Positions 21,640 to 32,429 of a stretch of DNA of 34,107 nt are shown in pieces. This stretch comes from Octopus bimaculoides (Eukaryota): positions 12,671,652-12,705,758 of the forward strand of contig NC_068981.1 in NCBI RefSeq assembly GCF_001194135.2, written 5' to 3'. Positions within the stretch are counted from its first letter, which is position 1. Each line of letters starts with the position of its first letter. The position numbers and the translations under genes are program-made. The notes beneath the pieces were generated by a model. The model made no database searches and had not been told where the DNA came from. It was given only the letters and a program-made list of their open reading frames with translations.

Positions 21640-24600
21640 CTCAACCCAAGAGTGGGCATAACTTCCCCAACACACAGAGCCAGATCATCAGATATGATGC
21701 CACCACCGCAGAAATATGTGGATGATGCGCACACTGCTCGTAAGAGCAGAGAGAAGTTGCTGAAAAACGAGCTTTTTTTTAGGAGTGGCAAAGAATATTG
21801 TAAGACAGCTGAGCTGGCTTTGACAGAGTTCAAGTGTGAGAAACACGTAGTAGCACTGGAGATCATTTCAAGCGACAAACGTTCCAGTTTGGCCACCCAT
21901 GAAGCCTTTTCGAATATCAGACCAGTGGCCACTACCAACACCCTGTATGTCAACCAGTATTCCTGCTGAACATCAGGGGCATCGTAATGTCCCACCAACA
22001 CAAAACGCATTACCTGAAAGAATTAGTGACATGTAATCAAGTGAGATGAATTGGACTAAAAGAAACACATCTGAACGCGGACATATCCGATGCTGGGATA
22101 CACATACCACAGTATCTTATGTTTCATGCTGACAAGAGAGAGATGACTCTAGGTGGATTAGCAATGTACATCCGGGACTATATCACACCTGGTCCTCCTG
22201 TCAACTGAAACTCAATCTGTGACACATTGGTGATACAGACTAAACAAAGGAAAATAGTAATGGATACTACATGTCGCCCACCAGAGGCTCCAAATCACGA
22301 GGCCTCATTTGACGAGAACTTCTAAGAAATGAAAGAAATGTTAACTAACCTGGATGACAGACTGCACATACTTCTTCTTGGGGACTTCAGCCTCCCTAAA
22401 GTCGAATGGTCTGAGAGCTGCTTTCTCTGAGGTATGTCACTGCATGAACACAGGCAACCAAAGCCTCTTCTTCATCTCAGAAATATGTTCTTCATCGGAA
22501 ATATAGTGCTCCATCCAAAAAGGAGAAATAATGTTCTGGACGTCTGCTTCACAAATAGCGCGGCACTCATCCATAATTTTAAGTTGACCCCAACGATATT
22601 CTCGGACAATAACTTAATAGAACTAACAACGAATGTTTTGCTGAAAACTGCAGACATGCAGGCTACTTGAATCACCCAAATACTCTCCAGCCTGAAGCTT
22701 CGCAAAGCTGATTGGAAGGGAACTGAGAAAGGGATCATGGCAGATAACTGGTCTATCAGTCTAACTACGCTTGATATCGACATAAACATACAGCACTTTA
22801 TGGATACTTATGCACGACGTAGCAGTAATGTTCTCCAGAAAAAATGCCAAACCAAAATAAAAATATAATTCCCAGTGATATGAGGATTCTAATGAGAGAA
22901 TGATAAAAAATATCTAACTGTCTAAATGGGCCACTACATTATAGCAAAGGATCCCATCTCAAGCAAACACTGCCACTATTATGACAAATTCTAAAATCTT
23001 CTATAAATATGCAAAAACATGCTTCGGTACATTAAAATATAGGGCTACTGTTTGAAGAAACTTGCTCGCCGACTGCAGACCCCAGAGGATCAGTGAATTA
23101 CTGACTGTGCAATGCAAGAGTGTTTTTATAACTTCACTGGGGCACTTTCAGGTAGCTATAACTATGAGATCTTCAGCATCATAGCTCTACAGAAAGAAAT
23201 GGTAGTTATTGATAACATCAAAATAGCAGAAGCAGATGTAATATCAGCCATTGATGAAATGAGCTCAAACTCAGCCACAAGCCCTGATGAATTCTCAACA
23301 ATCCTCCTAGAGAAATGCAAAGGGGATCTAGCAAGACCATCAGAGATTCCTTTTTTAGAGTTTCCTCCAAATTGAGAGACTTCCAAAAATTTCAGAGGAA
23401 GGCATATGTCCTATCCATAAGGTAGGTAGCAGAGCGGATGCTAAAAATTATAGGCCTGCCTCTCTAACCTCCAATCTCAGAAAAGTCAGGAAGGGTATTG
23501 TCAGCAGGAAACTGAGTGCGTTCCTCAGCCAAAGGAAGAAGCTGCCTTACACAGCTTTTGTAACATTATGATTGGAAGTTGAAACGATTAATGAGTCACT
23601 CAAGCGTGGGTATGTTATATCTCGATTTTGCAAACACCTTTGATAAATTTGACCACGGGATGATATGTCACAAGCTACGACGACTCGGTGTGGTCGGAAA
23701 ACTGGGAGATTTGTTACATGACTTCTTGAATGACAGCAGTGAGGCTGTGTAAACCAATGGAACCCTCTTCAAGGAGAGAGTAATAGAGAGTAGAGTGCCT
23801 TAGGGGACTGTATTGCAGTCGCTAATGTTCATGGGGGCTATTTCAGACATGACATCAGTTACACAGACAATCACACTTACTAGCTAAGCCAACACCACAA
23901 TAACAGTACGAGCAGTCAAAGAACGTTAAGATATTAATTTTCTACAGTAATACCTTGGTGCCATTTACAAATGGGCTGACGAAAACTACATGCAATTTAA
24001 TGCAGGAAAATTACAAGCCCTCTGCTTCCAGCAAATTGGTGATCACAAGTCTCAACAACGATGCTTTGAACCAAAGGGAGCGGCAATCCCAGACGCATGT
24101 ACAATGCCTGATCTGGGGATTGATATGAGCAACGATGACTCGATTCATGTACATATTACCAAGATTGTGGCAAAGTGCCATCGAATTGCCGAATGATTGC
24201 TGAGGAAATTTAGAACAAAGGACCAAGTAACTATGCTTATTCTATGGAGGACATTTGTACTCGGCCGTCTGGACTACTCCTCTTTCAACTGTAGTCATTC
24301 TACAGTGTTAAATTAAAAGCAATTTTAGAAGTTGTTCAGCGGTGCGACACGAAGATGGTCGCGTCAGTGGGACAACTGAGTTAATGGGGGTAAGTGAAAG
24401 AGGTATGATTCTACGCCCGGGAGCGAAGACGGGAGAGGTATACCAATGAAAGAGCCTGGAGCTGCTATACCATCTCCCGCACTGGACGTCACTGAACTGT
24501 TCCAAATGTCTCAACCAACCTGTCTAGGAAGAGAACCATGTACTGCAACAATGTGCTCACACACATATAAAACGTTGGCTAAAAATCTGAGGGTTGTTCC

Positions 24601-24790
24601 TACTATCTAAGGTCCCAAGTGAACCTATAAAAGATAGGGAACTGAAAAGAGGGCAGCAGTGTCGAAACCCCTCTTTCACCAAAAGCCATAAGATTGGCCA
24701 TTGAGAGGGTCGTTACACTGGCGGTGATCCAGTATGGCAGCAGGCTGTGGGGTAAAAAGTATAAAAGAATAAAAGAGTAAAAGAATATAT
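21640..24790 (+). mobile_element. Decayed CR1/L2-group (APE-RT) LINE, near full ORF2 with deletions
   Basis: APE: IGLKETHL..DISDAGIHIPQY, GGLAMYI, CRPP, LLLGDFSLP, VLDVCFTN, SDNNLI. RT: AIDEMSSNSATSPDEF, KNYRP.SLTS, YLDFANTFDKFDHG (23618), VP*GTVL, *ANTT (YADDT), QFNAGK. 3' tail (TAAAAGAR)n at about 24762-24788. Confidence 0.9.
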
Positions 24791-25637
24791 CTATCTGTGT
24801 ATCTATCTCTATCTATACGCGTGTGTGTTTGTGCGAGTTTGTCCTGTGTTGTCTTTAAACATACAAAAATATTTTCATTTAGACGTGTATATCTGATAGA
24901 TTAAAATTTCATGAGAGTGTGTGCGCTTGGCTTTTGCGCCTGTGTGAAACGGTGTGTAAGAAACATTCTGCAGTACACTTCTAATCAGAATTATGTGGAG
25001 TAAATGTTGAAAATGTGTATTTCACAACATATAACCGTTTTAATGTATTTGTTTTTTTGAGGTTTTATTTTTTATTCACATATTATCTCTTCTTTAGATC
25101 CTAATTATATACATGTATGAGAAATTTGTGGAAACGAAAATTACCTAAATAATTCTTTGAGAAGCATTGATAATCCACTCCACAATATACTGAGAAATAT
25201 TACTGCTCTTTATATTTCGATCGCAGGCATAACCTCTATGTAATTCAGAATTCACCTGCTGATATTCTATAAATGCTTTTGTACTCATGTTCAAAAATTT
25301 GTTTTATATAATTCTTTGATATTTCTATTTATGAGAATAATATTCTTACGATAATTTGAAATAATAAAGTAAGCTGTTCTAAAATACGTTTGATTTATAT
25401 AATGTCTCTTCGAAAATAAACGAATATACAAACATACACATATATGTACATACAAATATACTCACATACATATATACATACATAAAACATGTATAAGTAT
25501 GTTTGAATTTATGAATCGCCAAAGGATCTCTGTATGTGCATAAAAGCAGTTTCATGTATAGTAGCAGACGAGAATCTTCTGTCCTGGACGCCGTAATTCA
25601 CATATCACATGCTTTCATTCTATTGGAAATTATTATT

Positions 25638-25680
<43 letters not shown>

Positions 25681-25682
<2 letters not shown>

Positions 25683-25870
25683 GAAATTTACAGAAGAACA
25701 AAAGAGGAAGATAGGTGTATAAACAACAAAGAGGTGTATTAGCTTGACGCTCGGGAAGGTGAAAAACTCTTTTGCGTTTCGAGCCTGCACTCTTAAACGC
25801 AAAGGAACACGCGGAAATAAACAGAGAGAGAATAAAAAACTTTTGGAGTTAGCGGTCAATTATGGCGACA
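25681..25870 (-). mobile_element. PLE-like 3' remnant with a decayed hammerhead scaffold (25769-25804)
   Basis: Minus strand: CTTT GCGTTTA A GAG TGCAGG CTC GAAAC GCA AAAG. Helices I and II and GAAAC are kept; the core and triplet are degenerate. The 3' end abuts (TA)n at 25642-25680. Confidence 0.45.
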
Positions 25871-25875
25871 TACAT

Positions 25876-26000
25876 TGTGTGTGTGTGCGTTTGTGTGTGT
25901 GTGTGTGTGTGTGGGTGCGCGCGTGAGTGTTTGTCTGTGTCTATACATGCATGTATATTTGTATGCATGTGTACATGTGTGCGTTTGTGTGTACGTATGT
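25876..26000. repeat. (TG)n-rich low-complexity tract
   Basis: Read directly. Confidence 0.9.
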
Positions 26001-26019
26001 ATGTATTTAGGTATGAATA

Positions 26020-26130
26020 GGTGCAGGCGTCACCGTGTAGTAAGTAACTTGCTTTACAACCGCAAGCTTCGGGATACACTCCCACTGCATGCCACCCAGA
26101 CTAGTGTCTTCAACTGTAGACCCTGAAGCA
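26020..26130 (+). mobile_element. tRNA-derived SINE 5' head, degenerate
   Basis: ggtgcaggcgtcaccgtgtagtaag (A-box-like) ... cgggatacactcccactgc (B-box-like) ... agtgtcttcaactgtag. Resembles the common octopus SINE head as recalled from memory. Confidence 0.55.
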
Positions 26131-27250
26131 AAATCACTATCATCTTCCCTAATTAATAAAGATATTTACAACTCACTTTTGTCCTTTTATCATAGGCGTA
26201 CCATTTAACGAGAAAAACTATATTCACATACAAAATAAACAGAAGGCATGTACATTCGTTTCAAAAACTTAGTATTTTATTTAAGTCGCTGAGAAGTGTA
26301 ACGATTCGATTTTGATAAACTGGGCATAGACCTTGTCGTCACGGGTTTAAGTTGAATCTCTGCCTCTAATGGGTTCATGTAGGTTCGACCTCGTACGCGG
26401 GAAACATTTTTCGTAGTATCCTTGAATTCTGTCCAGAGTATTCTATGGTTTAACCAATGCCACATTTTTTACTGGACATGTCGTATAGTCTGTTGTCCCA
26501 TACACTTTATCAAGGTTATCATGTGCTGTGAAGCCTCATTTGACGACGTCTATGCTACAATTAATCAAGAATTGTATACCCGGGCTGAGAAGTTTTCAAC
26601 ACCGCATCGACCACGAATTGTTGAAGAAAACCTCAAAATTAGATACTTATATTTATTGTGGTAGGCAGAAAATATTCGTATTTTAAAACGATGATTTCAT
26701 TTGTGAAACAGAGCGAGATATAAGTTCAAAAGATTTATTCCTGGAAAAAATAATGGACTTTAGGAATATGATACAAATACGGCGAGAATAACTAAATAAT
26801 TTTGTCATTTATATATATTTATCTACACTACACTTGATCACCAGTGGCACACCTTTATGTGCCCCACATTAAATGATATTTGTAGAATTATTAATCGCAT
26901 CAAGTTAATTTACACACACACACACATATATATAAATGTAATTAAAACAGGTGCAATAAAATTTTATCCATGAAATCTTAAATTTATATTTTAGAATCAC
27001 TAAAGCAGTGTTATGGTTCATTGATTATTTGAGACATTGGAGTAAATGTTAATGATTTTTTACACTTTATCTTAAATAAAAGGCTAATACCCATTAAACT
27101 CTTGAAAGAAAATGTATTGTATTATCATGAAATCTGCTGAGCAGCTTTTACAAATCGATTCCAATCTATGTCGGAATGACTGCATGTCAAGGCACTTATT
27201 TTCCAATATATTTCATTAAGTTAAAACAGCCTTTTGTTCGTATATATATA

Positions 27251-27350
27251 NNNNNNNNNNNNNNNNNNNNNNNNNNNNNNNNNNNNNNNNNNNNNNNNNN
27301 NNNNNNNNNNNNNNNNNNNNNNNNNNNNNNNNNNNNNNNNNNNNNNNNNN
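27251..27350. other. Assembly gap (100 N) within a TA array
   Basis: Read directly. Confidence 0.99.
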
Positions 27351-28129
27351 ATATATATATATATAGTCTTGTATCTGGGGAGTGTCATTCTCTTTTAGTG
27401 CCTTATTATTCAACACACTCACCGGTTCGATTTCTACTCATTTACTTATCTTTTCTAAAATTTTCGTTACGTCTTGCAGCCATTTCAATAGTCATTGATA
27501 TACATACATACACACATACATACATACATACATACACATACATACATACATACATATACGTGATTGTATTTGGTTTTCAGTTGGTCTTCACATCCTACAC
27601 TTGGCTAGCCAAGTCAGTCGTTGTGTCGGAATGAAAACTGAATATACATAACAGAATATACATAACAATTTTATACTTTTATTTTCTGAATAGTACGATA
27701 ATGATATTAGAATATTTCATTTGGATAATAGTTGGATATTAGTATGCATGTCATTCTCTCTCTAAAACACCTCACTACGTATTTCTTGTTTGTATTTCTG
27801 TTTCATATTTTCCGTTTTGTGATTGTACATACCCTATGTGTATATCTGCGGTATCACACAACAATTGTAATTTGTATGCTGATCCCCATCGAATTAGTGT
27901 GCATTGAACTGATTTACAGTAACTATTCCACGACTTTGGTATTTACACTGGCTAGAAAATTCTGAAGATCATCTGTGCAGAAAATTAATGTGATCGTATT
28001 TTCTGCTTATCTAAAACTATGCTTGTCTATGCCTGTTTTATATATTACTAGAACTTATATGTAATGGAAGAGCGATTTAGAGTATCAGTTAAGTAGACGT
28101 CAGTTTAATGCATGGCCTTGCTTGACAAC

Positions 28130-29000
28130 TTAATCTGATATTCCTTCGTTTAGTTCTTAAAGATGACATTTGTGCAGGAAATATACTTTTTGTTTGGTTC
28201 TCTTCATCTCTTTTGCCGACGTTGCTACATATACAATAATCTTCCTCGATTTTACTCTGTCCCATCTCTATTAAACTTCTGCAGTCATCTTGGAATATGA
28301 AGGCATAGTTTTCGAATATTGTTCAAAATTTTCAACTCATTTATATCATTATTTATTCATGATATAATTATTTGTTGGATGGTTTTTAGATATTTAATCC
28401 TGAGCTTTTTATATCGTTGTTATTGAAGCATGGAGTGCGTTCCTTTTCAGTTCGTTTGTCTCCACGTACAAATATTATATTACATAAGCCTTTTGTTAGA
28501 TCTAGTTTGTAGTTTTCTTATGCTTTTAATGTTTCTGCAAGCCTTTCACCTGCTCATATGATATTTCGATCTTTCATTTACCATATTGCATTTTCTATTT
28601 CTTTTAAGTAGTGGGCATTGATTGTCTGTTGTTATCACCACACGACTCTTTTATGCATTTCATTCATCTAGACGCTATCTTCAGATCATCAAAATGCATC
28701 TTTCCATTTGTGTCCTTAATGTTAGTATTTCGTCCACTCATGCATTTGCTTTCTCTGATCTCAATTATTTTTACTTACATTTATTTGGATTTATGTTGTT
28801 TTCTCAAGGTTTTCAACTTCTTGGCATCAATCACTCATCCATTTCACTTTTGATATTCTACATTCAGAACAGATCGATATATGTAGGTTGTTATAAATAC
28901 ATTCAACAATGTTCTTGTATTTCTTTCCTTCACCCGTTATTGATGGAATATCATCTATCATCCACGAATTCTTTTCCATTTCAGTTTCAATCAAATGTTT
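28130..29000 (-). mobile_element. Very decayed RT region, probably R4/Dong-like
   Basis: Minus strand GKMHFDDLKIAS (about 28660-28705) matches FMDDLKL; LCLHIPR resembles RLY.PR; strand bias is A-rich on the minus strand. Boundaries approximate. Confidence 0.35.
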
Positions 29001-29812
29001 TCTCTAGTGATGTTTACATACAAGTTACATATCTTCTATTTATATTCTATGATATGGTTCTTATATATATATATATATATATATATTATTGGGTAACTAT
29101 CCTTGTTTTATAATGTTTTCCTTTGTGCTGTGTTTGTGTTAGTAAGTTTTAGTTTAATTCGTTTTGTTTAGCGATTTTCATTTCCTTAATTTTCATTTTT
29201 TCTCCCTAAAATGTATTTTATGGTCAAAAGATTTTGTCTGCTCCAGGAATGTTTTTGCAATCTTCCCAAACTCTTCACTGCAAATGTATCACTGTGCTCT
29301 GTGATTTTGTAACCTGCATTCTTCTGCAATTAGACGTTTCTTGATGACAATATACATGCACATATCACAAGGAATAGTGAGTAATCATCACATTTTCTAA
29401 TAAGCGCAAACCTAACAAACAGAGGTTGCTTTTTAGAGACATAAAGAGAAGGCATAGATGCTCAAAGAAGTTAAACACCCTACAAGTGTGATTAATCCTT
29501 CCAAAATCAGCAAAAAGGAGTCGACTGCTTTGAAACTTGCAACTCCTCTATCTCGTTTATACATTTGCGTCCGTAGCAATAATCATTAATGGATATAGTT
29601 AAGATAGTGACTGCGTTAATCACAATCTAATGAAGCAGAGTTTGGCGTAGAAAAACACGTACCTTAGAAATATAATCTGCGATTTGCAGAATAAAAGCAA
29701 GACGCAGACAATGTTCGACATGTAATGTCATATGTTCTTCCTATTATCAAAACTCCAATAACAGAGCGTTTGTTTCTTTGCTAGAAAGCACCAAATCTTT
29801 CGAGAAGGAATG

Positions 29813-29848
<36 letters not shown>

Positions 29849-29852
<4 letters not shown>

Positions 29853-29932
29853 TAAAAAGATAAAGAGAGCAATTGTAAAGGTGGAAATATATATTTCCAA
29901 CTTTACCATTGCTCTCTTTATCCTTTTATATA
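29849..29932. repeat. 84-bp spacerless palindrome
   Basis: Arms 29849-29890 and 29891-29932, 42 bp each with 3 mismatches; adjacent to (TA)n. Confidence 0.95.
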
Positions 29933-30068
29933 TTTATACATACACACGCTAATACACGACTTATAATCTCCAATCCTGTTCATACAACGACTGGGGCATA
30001 ACTGTCGGTATACAACACTTACTCGGTATTACCTGTATCTATTTGGGTTTCGTTAAATCCAATACCCT

Positions 30069-30069
30069 C

Positions 30070-30101
<32 letters not shown>

Positions 30102-30287
30102 TTAGATATATATATGTATGTATATGTATGTATGTATATATANNNNNNNNNNNNNNNNNNNNNNNNNNNNNNNNNNNNNNNNNNNNNNNNNNNNNNNNNN
30201 NNNNNNNNNNNNNNNNNNNNNNNNNNNNNNNNNNNNNNNNNNNNNNNNNNNNNNNNNNNNNNNNNNNNNNNNNNNNNNNNNNNNNNN

Positions 30288-30318
<31 letters not shown>

Positions 30319-30341
30319 CATATATATATATATATATATAA
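30069..30341. repeat. (GATA)n/(TA)n/(TATG)n microsatellite with gap (N 30143-30287)
   Basis: Read directly. Confidence 0.95.
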
Positions 30342-30476
30342 TTAAGGGCATAGAAAAAGCTGTGCTATATACTGAAAGAGACACTAAATCGTCCACCCAA
30401 TTTAAATCCTCACATATTACACACATGCTGAAATCGAGAGAGTTAGCTGACAGAATTTCATAAAATAATACAGTTA

Positions 30477-30532
30477 GCTTTGGATTGATGAGTTTCTGGA
30501 TTAGTCTAATGGCTTTTCCTCGTCAGCAAAGC
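30477..30532 (-). ncRNA. Hammerhead motif, left arm
   Basis: Minus strand: GCTTTG CTGACGA GGA-loop-TCC A GAAA CTCATCAAT C CAAAGC; helix I has 6 bp. Confidence 0.65.
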
Positions 30533-30695
30533 ATACTTAGGGAATTTAATGACATATTTATGCGTACACACAGGAAAGCGAAAGGGAAAGCTGCGATTAC
30601 AAATAAATACCACAAATACATCCATATCGAGTTTCTGCTTTGTGTTTTGCTTTCCTGTAGGTATGTACAAGTATCTCATTTATTTCTCCAAGTAT

Positions 30696-30751
30696 GCTTT
30701 GCTGATGAGGATAACTAATTAGATTAATCCAGAAATCGATCAATCCAAAGC
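30696..30751 (+). ncRNA. Hammerhead motif, right arm
   Basis: GCTTTG(30696-701) CTGATGA(30702-08) GGAT...ATCC A GAAA(30732-35) TCGATCAAT C(30745) CAAAGC(30746-51). Triplet AUC; near-palindrome ATCGATCAAT. Confidence 0.75.
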
Positions 30752-30965
30752 TAATTGTATTATTTTTTGAATTTCTGTTAGCTTACTCCCTCGATTTCAA
30801 CAAGTGTTTAATATGTGATGATTTAAAGTGGATTATTTTTTTCTCTATGCCCTTAATTATAACTATATATATATATATATTATTTCACCTTAGTCGGTCT
30901 ATTATTTATTGTTTGGCCAGTGATAAAATTTTTACGATTTTATGCTTTAGCTTATATATATATAT

Positions 30966-31376
30966 NNNNNNNNNNNNNNNNNNNNNNNNNNNNNNNNNNN
31001 NNNNNNNNNNNNNNNNNNNNNNNNNNNNNNNNNNNNNNNNNNNNNNNNNNNNNNNNNNNNNNNNNNNNNNNNNNNNNNNNNNNNNNNNNNNNNNNNNNNN
31101 NNNNNNNNNNNNNNNNNNNNNNNNNNNNNNNNNNNNNNNNNNNNNNNNNNNNNNNNNNNNNNNNNNNNNNNNNNNNNNNNNNNNNNNNNNNNNNNNNNNN
31201 NNNNNNNNNNNNNNNNNNNNNNNNNNNNNNNNNNNNNNNNNNNNNNNNNNNNNNNNNNNNNNNNNNNNNNNNNNNNNNNNNNNNNNNNNNNNNNNNNNNN
31301 NNNNNNNNNNNNNNNNNNNNNNNNNNNNNNNNNNNNNNNNNNNNNNNNNNNNNNNNNNNNNNNNNNNNNNNNNNNN
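30966..31376. other. Assembly gap flanked by TA repeats
   Basis: Read directly. Confidence 0.99.
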
Positions 31377-32398
31377 GATATATGTGTGTGTGTGTGTATA
31401 TATAAATTGATATATACACAGATATATAAGAGTAATATTGTTTTTTGTATTATTTTCATATATATGATGTTTAATTTATAAAATTATTAAACATCTTTTT
31501 TTTTTTAAAGAAATGATGAAATTCCGTCATTAATATTTTGCATATGAAGTTTAGGATGTCTGACAACATCATTATCATCAATTCAAGTCTAAGGCCAATA
31601 CCAATCTCAGGAGAGTGCTTCTGTAGTAGAAATACAGATCCGCACATCCCATTTCCTAAATAGCATACTGAGAAACTTGCTCTTACAACCTATATGTTCG
31701 TAATTTTACTCGTATTCCATTGATTTGTAAGTTCCTGGTAATTCCCTTAACGTGTTAAAGTAAGATACAGCACGCGGGCTGAAGCACGCCTTCTAGAATG
31801 AGACACGTCGAAGAGAGTCTCGAATAAGAAATATATCTGATTGATAGCACTTTACAATCGTAGATTTATATCATTGGAGATACACCTGACGTTTTATATC
31901 ACTGTATGTATTCCATCTACGTTACGAATTTGTGCACATTCGCCTTAGCCGTAGCTATAATTCTTTCCCTGATCCAATATAAGTATTAGGTTATTACTGA
32001 AATATTCGACTCTATCTCTTTACATTTTAAATTGGTTTCTTCCTTGTCAGAAAGAATCAAAATTTAGAATGTGCGTTGAACGAAGTAACGCATAAAGTTA
32101 TCGAAATTCCAGTGGCGCTTTGCCAAGAAACATAATTGATCGAGAATGCACAATATAACTTTCTTAAGAGAATTCTATATCGCATCACTTAAAATAAATT
32201 TACTGGAAAAAATTTTCAAAATCATGGCATGTTGAAAATTGCTTCCGTTATTTCTCATTGGATTACACTTTATATTACAAATTACATATGTTCATTGCTC
32301 ATTGTGCAATTTGATGTAAAACCGTCACAGTGTTTATTTGAAAGACTTCCTTACTTATCATTATGTATTATACATTTTGATGCGCGACGATTTATTTC

Positions 32399-32429
32399 AC
32401 AAATAGTCGCAAACAAATAGTCGCAAACA
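32399..32429. repeat. 14-bp tandem duplication (ACAAATAGTCGCAA x2)
   Basis: Read directly. Confidence 0.85.

Larger units (their letters stand above)
30342..30856. mobile_element. Head-to-head palindromic element TTAA-GGGCATAG...CTATGCCC-TTAA with hammerhead motifs in both arms
   Basis: Arms about 30346-30591 and 30638-30852, with a ~30-bp indel near the left end; both sides flanked by TA-rich tracts. Confidence 0.9.

Noticed and set aside
27962-27995. CTGAAGA...GAAA motif
   Set aside because: No helix I or convincing helix II pairing; such spacing is expected by chance.
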